Assembly (NCBI GenBank): GCA_038832005.1
Contig: JAWBJZ010000001.1
Location: 1 to 59,356, forward strand
DNA from: Candidatus Caldarchaeum sp.
GTDB lineage: Archaea; Thermoproteota; Nitrososphaeria_A; Caldarchaeales; Caldarchaeaceae
Reading direction: 5' to 3'
DNA length: 59,356 bases
In this document: one piece after another, positions 53,107 through 59,356 of the stretch
How positions within the stretch are numbered: position 1 is the first letter of the stretch
Layout: each line of letters opens with the position of its first letter
Made by a program: the position numbers and the translations under genes
Notes under the pieces: generated by a model
The model's input: the letters and a program-made list of their open reading frames with translations, nothing else
Told to the model about the DNA's origin: nothing
Database searches by the model: none

Positions 53107-53762
53107 CTACCCCACCTCTTCCACACAGCCTCGTCAGCCAACCCAGTAACCCTTATACCTGCGTTTCCGACGCCGTATCTCTTGTTGACACCCATCAAGA
53201 ATCTTGTGAAAGCCTCTCCGTAGCGTGAGTTCTTCAAAGGCCCTCCGTCTACTGGGCGGAGCCCTTCAACGACAGACAAAAGCCTAGCCACGGTTTTCTT
53301 GTCTTCGCTGTTGTCTCCGAAGATAAACGTGTCCATGTTGAGCGGTTTGTCAACGTCAATCAGAGCCGAGGCGCTCACAGTGTGAAGCGCGGCTACAACC
53401 CTAGCCCAGCTCGGAAGCCTGCTGGCCAAAAACTCGGCTGAAGAAACCCCATTCTCGCTCATGGAGACGATGCAGGAGACGGCTAGACATCCCTGCTGTA
53501 GGGATGGCGCCACGCTCCGAGCTATTTCGTCAACCGCCTCGTAAGGTATCGTGAAGAAAACAACATCGCATCCTTCGACGGCTTCATGGTTTACTCTGCC
53601 GTAGACCCGAGCGTCGCCGAGAATGGTTAGAATCTGTGTGGCTGCCTTAACGGCTTTCTCCGCCTGCCTAGACCCAATCACAACCTCGACACCCGCTTTT
53701 GCAAGCCGCAGCGCAACGGCAAAACCCAGACCACCCGTACCGCCTAAGACGGAGACCCTCAT
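53103..53762 (-). CDS. NADPH-dependent F420 reductase-like (NpdG/FNO family) oxidoreductase
   Basis: 'MRVSVLGGTGGLGFAVALRLAKAGVEVVIGSRQAEKA'. Start set at the ATG at 53762. ATGA-coupled to the PGM/PMM gene. Confidence 0.7.
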   Translation of the reverse strand: MRVSVLGGTGGLGFAVALRLAKAGVEVVIGSRQAEKAVKAATQILTILGDARVYGRVNHEAVEGCDVVFFTIPYEAVDEIARSVAPSLQQGCLAVSCIVSMSENGVSSAEFLASRLPSWARVVAALHTVSASALIDVDKPLNMDTFIFGDNSEDKKTVARLLSVVEGLRPVDGGPLKNSRYGEAFTRFLMGVNKRYGVGNAGIRVTGLADEAVWKRWGR

Positions 53763-54014
53763 CAACTTCCGCCATCCATACCGCAGCGGAAAATTATTTA
53801 AACGCATGCGGAGCGACAGCGTCGCGCGGCCTTATCCTGTTGTTGTCGTGGTCATGAGACACCGCACAGGCCTGCTTCACAGCATGCTTGTGGGCATTGG
53901 TTTAGCGGTTAAACCTTGTGCAGCCTTGACAGCATGCATGCGCGCGAAAGGTTAAAATCATCTGGGGGTTAGCGGTCAAAGGCTTTAAAAATCGGCTTTT
54001 CAAGTTCATGGCAC

Positions 54015-54638
54015 ATGGACGAAACGCTTCTGGCCGTCGCAGTCCTCTTCATAGTCATAGGAGTAGCGGGTGTGTTCATTCCTTTTTCAGGCATTTCAGA
54101 GACGATGAGGCCTCTTGCCGAGTTTTCAGGTTTCGTGCTGGCCTTGGGCCTCGTAATGCTTCCAATAGGGCTTCTCAGGGGCGGTCTTCCCCAGCTGTCT
54201 GGAGCCAAAGCATACGTGTTCACTCTCGTCGGAATTGGACTCGTTTCTTTCGTCCTTGTTTCAGCGTCGCTTGAGATAGGGCCTTTCGCCAAAAAAGAGG
54301 TGGTTGGGGCGGCGGGCCCGACGCCGTATAACGTAACGGTAATTATTCTGCCCGGCTCCTTCGACCCAAGCGCCACCGAGACCTATTCGCCCGCAAGCGT
54401 GAAAGTTCTGGCGGGCTTCAACAGCACGGTGATATGGGTTAACAACGAGAAGGTGAACGTCGCCCACACCGTTACCTCAGACCAAGGGTTGTTTGATTCC
54501 GGGTTGTTTGGAGCGGGGGAGAGATGGGTTTTCACGTTTGTGAGGGCTGGCATTTATCCATACCACTGCACCCCGCATCCATGGATGATTGGAACGGTCA
54601 CCGTAGTCGAGGGGCCTATGCCACAGGCCGGCGGCTAG
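54015..54638 (+). CDS. membrane-anchored type-1 (blue) copper protein, plastocyanin/amicyanin-like
   Basis: Three N-terminal TMs, then a cupredoxin with ligands 'VAHTVTS' (His) and 'YHCTPHPWMIG' (Cys-x2-His-x3-Met). Confidence 0.8.
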   Translation: MDETLLAVAVLFIVIGVAGVFIPFSGISETMRPLAEFSGFVLALGLVMLPIGLLRGGLPQLSGAKAYVFTLVGIGLVSFVLVSASLEIGPFAKKEVVGAAGPTPYNVTVIILPGSFDPSATETYSPASVKVLAGFNSTVIWVNNEKVNVAHTVTSDQGLFDSGLFGAGERWVFTFVRAGIYPYHCTPHPWMIGTVTVVEGPMPQAGG

Positions 54639-55906
54639 AAGACAGCGGCAAGCCGGCCTCTAAGATACGTCTTCTCGGCGTCCACTATCTCTACGTTGAC
54701 AAACCTGCCCAGAAGGTTTTCTCTGGTGTTCAGGACTATGGGTCTGTAGGCAGTGTTTCTTGCAACCATTAAGCCGTTTTTGCCAACCTCGTCGACCAAA
54801 GCTCTCCCCGACCAGCCTACCCATTCCTCGTTGAGCCTTAGCTGCAGCTCCTCGACCAATCCTTTCAACACCGATACCCTTTGAGAGACCACGTTATGGG
54901 GTAAAGGCTTCAGCCCTTCGGCAGGGGTGTTGGGGCGTGGAAAGAATCGTGAAATGTTAACCACGTGGGGTCTAACGTCCCCCACAAGCTTTAACGTCTG
55001 CTCAAAATCATCCTCTGTCTCAGTGGGATAGCCCACTATTATATCCGTAGCGAGCGTCAGCATTGGAATACGCTCCCTAAATTTCCGAACAACCTCAAGG
55101 AAAACTTTCGTGAAATGGCCTCTGTTCATCTCCTTCAAAACTTTGTCCGAGCCCGACTGCACGGGCAGGTGGAGGAACTTGAAGATCTTATCTCTGCTGA
55201 AAGCTTTTACCAGCTTATCGAGGATTGGCTTGAGGTAGATAGGGTTCATCATGCCTACCCTCACGTAAAAGTCGGCTTCAACGTCGTTGACGGCTTCCAG
55301 AAGCTCTGGCAGAAGGTTTCTCCCCGACTCCATGCCGTAGCTTCCCATGTCCTGGCTAGTCAGCCAAAACTCTCTGCAGCCCTCGCCCAAACCTCTTCTT
55401 ACCTCGTCCACAACCATTCTGACAGGATAGCTTTCGAAGCCTGGTCTTGTGTTGGGAACTATGCAGAAGCTGCACCTGCTCCACCTACATCCCTCAGAAA
55501 CAGGTATTATGGAGACGACGGGGTTGCGTCTAACCCGTGGCAAACCAAGCTTGGTCCCGCCGCCGTTGAAAACCTCTCCCTCAACAGCTGCATGTATCTC
55601 CGTTATACTTCGAGGCGGCACCAGTACCGCTTGAGGCGCCGCCTTCCTAACTCTTTCACTCTCCCCAGTAACCATACATCCTGCCACAACAAGCCTCCGG
55701 CCCAGTCCTGAGAACCTTCTAATCCTGTGCACCATCCTGTCGGCGGTAGGTTTCTTAACGGCGCAAGTCACCAAAACGACGTAGTCGGCCTTCTCGGGAC
55801 TGTCCACGACCTCGTATCCCCGGGTCTTCAGCAGGCCTAAAGCAATCTCGCCGTCGGCCTGGTTTGCTGAGCAGCCGTAAACCTCGGCGTAAACCTTTCC
55901 AGCCAT
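54635..55906 (-). CDS. radical-SAM methylthiotransferase (MiaB/MtaB/CDKAL1 family) with a TRAM domain
   Basis: UPF0004 Cys triad 'YGCSANQ', 'LVTCAV', 'VAGCMV'. Radical-SAM cluster 'EGCRWSRCSFC'. C-terminal TRAM 'GRALVDEVG..GRFVNVEIVDA'. Confidence 0.85.
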   Translation of the reverse strand: MAGKVYAEVYGCSANQADGEIALGLLKTRGYEVVDSPEKADYVVLVTCAVKKPTADRMVHRIRRFSGLGRRLVVAGCMVTGESERVRKAAPQAVLVPPRSITEIHAAVEGEVFNGGGTKLGLPRVRRNPVVSIIPVSEGCRWSRCSFCIVPNTRPGFESYPVRMVVDEVRRGLGEGCREFWLTSQDMGSYGMESGRNLLPELLEAVNDVEADFYVRVGMMNPIYLKPILDKLVKAFSRDKIFKFLHLPVQSGSDKVLKEMNRGHFTKVFLEVVRKFRERIPMLTLATDIIVGYPTETEDDFEQTLKLVGDVRPHVVNISRFFPRPNTPAEGLKPLPHNVVSQRVSVLKGLVEELQLRLNEEWVGWSGRALVDEVGKNGLMVARNTAYRPIVLNTRENLLGRFVNVEIVDAEKTYLRGRLAAVF

Positions 55907-55973
55907 CCTTTCAGACCTGCTTTTAGAGGTTACGTCCTTTTATTAAGTCCGTCGTGCGATGTGCTCAGACACG

Positions 55974-55985
55974 TAGTCAATAAAT
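55974..55985 (+). repeat. 12-nt direct repeat TAGTCAATAAAT, copy 1
   Basis: Exact copy at 56044..56055. Each copy is followed about 25-30 nt later by a purine-rich GGTG-type tract and an ATG. Confidence 0.6.
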
Positions 55986-56043
55986 GCTGCGGTATAGAAG
56001 GTGGGAGGGATGAAGCGTGACTGCTACATGCCTTTGCTGTGGC

Positions 56044-56055
56044 TAGTCAATAAAT
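56044..56055 (+). repeat. 12-nt direct repeat TAGTCAATAAAT, copy 2
   Basis: See 55974..55985. Confidence 0.6.
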
Positions 56056-56204
56056 CTCGCTGAGAAAGTGTTGTTTATGGGGGTGAGGTGTATGGTCTGT
56101 CCCTGCTGCTTCTGCCCGTGCAGCCCACCATGATGAAAATTATTCATCCACAACACAAACAACCTCTATTTTTTGATGTTGTATGCTGAACGTTTAGGGC
56201 ATTG

Positions 56205-56807
56205 CTATGGGTTGAAATTTTTTATGGACTCGGCTATCTTATGCTCGGCCAGCCTTGAAATGGCCGCCAGCTCTGCCAAAGCTTGGTCAAAGCCCATTTT
56301 TTCGACGAAAAGTTTTCCAACAGTTTTCACAGTCTCCATTCTCTCCCATGGGAAGATGATCCACGCATCCGTGTGGTCGGCGGTGTAATCGGGTTTCACG
56401 CTGCTCCAAGGCTTCGTCAACAACGTTGCCGTCTTGAGTCTGCTGGGCTGCCGTGGTTTGAGGACCTTGTTGACAGCCGCGTCTAATGTCGCACCCGTGT
56501 CAGCCACATCGTCTACCAGCAGCACGTTCCTGCCTTTGAGGTCCGCCAGCTGCAGGTCATGATATAGTTTAAGCTCGCCTCCCATCGTCCCCGTGTAGGA
56601 CTTGCAGCCAACAACATAGATTTCCCTCACGCCCAGAAGGTCTGACAGAAGGTCTGCAACTATCATCCCACCCCTAAGGACGCCGACCAAAGTGTCTACG
56701 GTATATCCGTCACCGGCTATCAGGCTTTCCAGCTTGTCCACGTAGTGCTCGACGTCCGACCAGCTCAGAAGGAGAAATTTTCGCTCACCCACCGGCTTTA
56801 TCTCCAT
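56205..56807 (-). CDS. purine phosphoribosyltransferase (hypoxanthine/guanine/xanthine PRT-like)
   Basis: PRPP loop 'VLLVDDVADTGATL', 'GVLRGGMIVADLL', with a ~40-aa C-terminal helical extension. Confidence 0.82.
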   Translation of the reverse strand: MEIKPVGERKFLLLSWSDVEHYVDKLESLIAGDGYTVDTLVGVLRGGMIVADLLSDLLGVREIYVVGCKSYTGTMGGELKLYHDLQLADLKGRNVLLVDDVADTGATLDAAVNKVLKPRQPSRLKTATLLTKPWSSVKPDYTADHTDAWIIFPWERMETVKTVGKLFVEKMGFDQALAELAAISRLAEHKIAESIKNFNP

Positions 56808-56965
56808 AGTTAGGGTTTACCCTGGGATGAATTTTAATTATTTCAAGCCGTAACTGAAAAATTTACCGGGACCCGGCTAAACAGATTAGTCTGGAAGGCT
56901 TCGGAGCATGAAACACTCCCGCGGCCGCCAAGCTACAGCTGCAGTTCGCCGCCTGTTCATCAACG

Positions 56966-56973
56966 TATTTATT
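56966..56973 (+). promoter_or_regulatory. TATA box TATTTATT for gdhA
   Basis: Its centre is about 25 nt upstream of the GTG at 56995, implying a leaderless mRNA. Confidence 0.45.
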
Positions 56974-56994
56974 GTGAAGTGAACAACTAATACC

Positions 56995-58248
56995 GTGAGC
57001 AGCGGGGCTGTTTTTCTCTCTAATGCGATAAAAGCTTTTGAAGAAGCTGCAGACCATCTGAACCTCGACCCTGGAATCAGGGAATTTTTGAAGAAACCTA
57101 AGAGGATTGTCATCGTATCTGTTCCAGTTAAGATGGACGACGGCTCGTTGAAAGTGTTCTCCGGCGTGCGTGTTCAGCACTCTAACGCGCGAGGACCTTA
57201 CAAGGGAGGGATACGATACTATCCGACGGTTGACGTTGACGAGGTAACTGCTTTGGCGATGTTGATGACGTGGAAATGTGCCGTGGTCGACTTGCCTTAC
57301 GGGGGTGCGAAAGGCGGCGTGGCATGCAACCCCAAAGAGCTTTCGAAAAACGAGCTTGAGCGAATCACACGCCGATATACGTCGATGATATATGAAATAA
57401 TAGGGCCTTACATGGACATTCCAGGCCCTGACGTTTACACGGATGCTCAGACGATGGCTTGGATGGTTGATACTTACAGCCAGATGAAAGGTGTTTTGAC
57501 TCCTGAGGTGGCTACAGGAAAGCCTTTAAGCCTTTACGGAAGCTTAGGTCGCCTCGACGCAACTTCGAGAAGTGTCGTAATAACGACAAGGGAGTTGGCC
57601 AAAGCATTCAACAAGCCTTTAAAGGATGCGAAGATAGTGATTCAAGGCTTCGGCAACGTGGGCTACAACGCGGCCAGGATACTTTACGACGAATACGGTG
57701 CCAAAATAGTTGCGGTCAGCGATTCTAAGGGCGGTATCTATGACCCAAGAGGTTTGAACCCCCACAAGGTGCTGGAGCACAAGAACAAAACAGGCTCCGT
57801 CGTAGGATTTGACGGCGCGAAAGAGCTCAGCAACGAGGAGCTGCTGACGACGAGCTGCGACATACTGATACCCTCAGCGCTGGAGAACCAGATAACGAAG
57901 CAGGTGGCTGAGAAGCTGGATGCCTTCGCAGTTGTGGAGGGGGCAAACGGCCCCACCACCGCCGAGGGTGACAGGGTTTTGAAGGAAAGGGGGATTGTGG
58001 TAGTCCCTGACATACTGGCCAACGCAGGCGGGGTTACGGTCAGCTACCTTGAGTGGGTGCAGAACCTGAAGAGGGAGAGCTGGACGCTTGAGGAAGTTAA
58101 CGCTAAGCTTGAGGCTAAGATGGTTAAAGCCTTCAAAGACGTGGTGGAAAGGTCGAGAAAACACGAAGTCACGATGAGACAGGGGGCTATGATACTTGCA
58201 GTAGACAGGGTGGTAGAAGCTATAAACTATCTTGGCATCTGGCCATAA
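56995..58248 (+). CDS. gdhA: glutamate dehydrogenase
   Basis: 'RVQHSNARGPYKGGIRYYP', 'MTWKCAVVDLPYGGAKGGV', 'IQGFGNVGYNAA', 'EGANGPTT'. Confidence 0.96.
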   Translation: MSSGAVFLSNAIKAFEEAADHLNLDPGIREFLKKPKRIVIVSVPVKMDDGSLKVFSGVRVQHSNARGPYKGGIRYYPTVDVDEVTALAMLMTWKCAVVDLPYGGAKGGVACNPKELSKNELERITRRYTSMIYEIIGPYMDIPGPDVYTDAQTMAWMVDTYSQMKGVLTPEVATGKPLSLYGSLGRLDATSRSVVITTRELAKAFNKPLKDAKIVIQGFGNVGYNAARILYDEYGAKIVAVSDSKGGIYDPRGLNPHKVLEHKNKTGSVVGFDGAKELSNEELLTTSCDILIPSALENQITKQVAEKLDAFAVVEGANGPTTAEGDRVLKERGIVVVPDILANAGGVTVSYLEWVQNLKRESWTLEEVNAKLEAKMVKAFKDVVERSRKHEVTMRQGAMILAVDRVVEAINYLGIWP

Positions 58249-58253
58249 ATAAG

Positions 58254-58958
58254 ATGGAGCCTTGGAGCACGCTGATAAACACCGTAACGCTTCTCTACGC
58301 CTCTTACCTTGACGTTAAAACCCGTGAGGTTGACGATAAGGTTTGGGTTATTCCATCGGCGGTCGGCGCAACCCTGAACCTTATCAATTTCTTTGGCTCC
58401 GGCTTCGAAACGTTCTTCAGCTATGGCTTAGCAGTTGGAGTTACTGCCGCAGTGGCGTTCGGCCTCTATTTTGCCGGTCTTTACGGAGGGGCTGACGCCA
58501 AAGCCCTCATAACGATATGTCTAGTCCAGCCCTACGTTTCTGTCCCTCCTCAGCTGCATGGCTTCAACGCGTTGACGGTTTTGACCAACGGCATGCTTTT
58601 GTCAGCATCGCTTCCAATATCCTTTGGTGTTTACAATTTTTACAGGTTGTTGAAAGGTGACAGGATCTTTGAAGGGTTTGAGATGGAGAGCAGGCTTAGA
58701 AAAATGGCGGCATGCTTCATAGGAGTACGCGTCAGGAAATCCGCTGGGAAGATGTTTTGGAGTCCCGTGGAGAAGACCGAAAACGGCGTCAGAAAGTTTT
58801 GCTTCAAAGTGTCGATAGAGGGGTTCAACGGCGTCCAGCAGGACGACATGTGGATAACCCCCGGCATACCTTTGCTAGTCTTTTTCACAGCAGGATATTT
58901 CCTCAACATATTCGCAGGCGACCTGATGGGCCGTTTGCTGTATACGCTAGCTCGGTGA
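58254..58958 (+). CDS. A24-family aspartic signal peptidase (FlaK/PibD-like prepilin/preflagellin peptidase)
   Basis: First catalytic Asp in 'ASYLDVKTREV', second in 'GLYGGADAKAL'. Polytopic. Confidence 0.72.
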   Translation: MEPWSTLINTVTLLYASYLDVKTREVDDKVWVIPSAVGATLNLINFFGSGFETFFSYGLAVGVTAAVAFGLYFAGLYGGADAKALITICLVQPYVSVPPQLHGFNALTVLTNGMLLSASLPISFGVYNFYRLLKGDRIFEGFEMESRLRKMAACFIGVRVRKSAGKMFWSPVEKTENGVRKFCFKVSIEGFNGVQQDDMWITPGIPLLVFFTAGYFLNIFAGDLMGRLLYTLAR

Positions 58959-59345
58959 AAACCTTTGGAAGAAGGCGATTAAAGACCATTCGATTACGGC
59001 CGCCAAGGCCAGCAACCCCACAACCACCGCGACCACGAAAGGCAGTATTCTGAGCTCTCTGCCGAACCTTTTTCTCACAGCTGCCGACGCAAGGTAGAAG
59101 CTTTCGGAGACCGCGAAACCATAGGCGAGCATCTCTACGAACCCGTACAGGGTTACGAACGGGACGAGAAGAGAGAAGACAGCTGGTATTCTGGACGAGG
59201 CTGAGATAGCTGCAATCACAAGCCCCGTTTGGTAGACTATATACGCAGCTAACCCGATGCCCAGCGCAGGCACCATCATCAGCAAAGACGCGGCTAGGTT
59301 GTTGAGAAATATTCCTAAGGGGCTTTGCACCAGCCCCGACGCCAT
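58947..59345 (-). CDS. membrane protein, DUF95/SpoIIM-like (possibly 5'-truncated by the window edge)
   Basis: 'LGIFLNNLAASLLMMVPALGIGLAAYIVYQTGLVIAA' and 'LYGFVEMLAYGFAVSE'. The frame stays open from 59345 to the window end. Confidence 0.5.
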   Translation of the reverse strand: MASGLVQSPLGIFLNNLAASLLMMVPALGIGLAAYIVYQTGLVIAAISASSRIPAVFSLLVPFVTLYGFVEMLAYGFAVSESFYLASAAVRKRFGRELRILPFVVAVVVGLLALAAVIEWSLIAFFQRFSPS

Positions 59346-59356
59346 ATCCTTGAGCC

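Noticed and set aside
56130-56189. Possible C/D-box sRNA: ATGATGA at 56130, TGATGT at 56174, CTGA at 56186
   Set aside because: The spacing is wrong. About 36 nt separate the C box from the putative C' box, with no CTGA-like D' box between them. Only 6 nt lie between C' and D, where about 12 nt of guide sequence are expected. No terminal stem is present.
1-59356. CRISPR arrays, IS elements or transposases, integrases, rRNA genes, inteins
   Set aside because: No regularly spaced repeats, transposase or recombinase motifs, or rRNA-like stretches were seen. The large conserved proteins (thermosome, PyrG, GlnA, IlvD, GdhA) have normal lengths with no intein-like insertions.

Overview
Gene-dense archaeal chromosomal window. 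Archaeal hallmarks are the thermosome, Rpo6/RpoK, Alba, aIF1A, eL39, a GTPBP1-like GTPase and a FlaK/PibD-type peptidase. AT-rich TATA-like boxes sit about 25-30 nt upstream of many start codons, so many transcripts are probably leaderless. The gene set (fused 3-hydroxyacyl-CoA dehydrogenase/crotonase, actinobacterial-type Ino1, VKOR plus thioredoxin pair, membrane cupredoxin, NpdG-like reductase) suggests a TACK-superphylum, possibly thermophilic archaeon; this is an inference only. Most of the window is housekeeping: sufS, ilvD, pheA, tmk, pyrG, glnA, gdhA, PGM/PMM, thiolase/DUF35, MTTase, PRT. I saw no rRNA, CRISPR array, IS element or integrase. The least ordinary stretch is about 18.9-27.8 kb. 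It holds two coupled unknown His-rich membrane proteins and an intact tRNA-Asn with a same-orientation partial tRNA-Asn copy 1.1 kb downstream. That pair brackets a single HsdR_N-like PD-(D/E)xK gene and looks like a decayed integrated-element scar. The same stretch has a BtpA-PfkB-BtpA cassette between compositionally skewed spacers, and an ABC-2 operon flanked by a ~100-nt diverged direct repeat that is a relic of the permease/pyrG convergent junction. Other points of interest are: glnA tightly coupled to three stand-alone RAM-domain genes, one fused to a zinc ribbon; a co-directional cluster of multi-zinc-ribbon wHTH protein, unknown membrane protein, voltage-gated K+ channel and MFS; a HAD phosphatase fused to a PIN-ATPase-KH protein; a frameshifted PLP-enzyme relic; and a duplicated 70-nt module with Cys-rich micro-ORFs. 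None of these can be shown to be a novel system from sequence alone. All family calls rest on motif recognition by eye and need HMM or structure searches.
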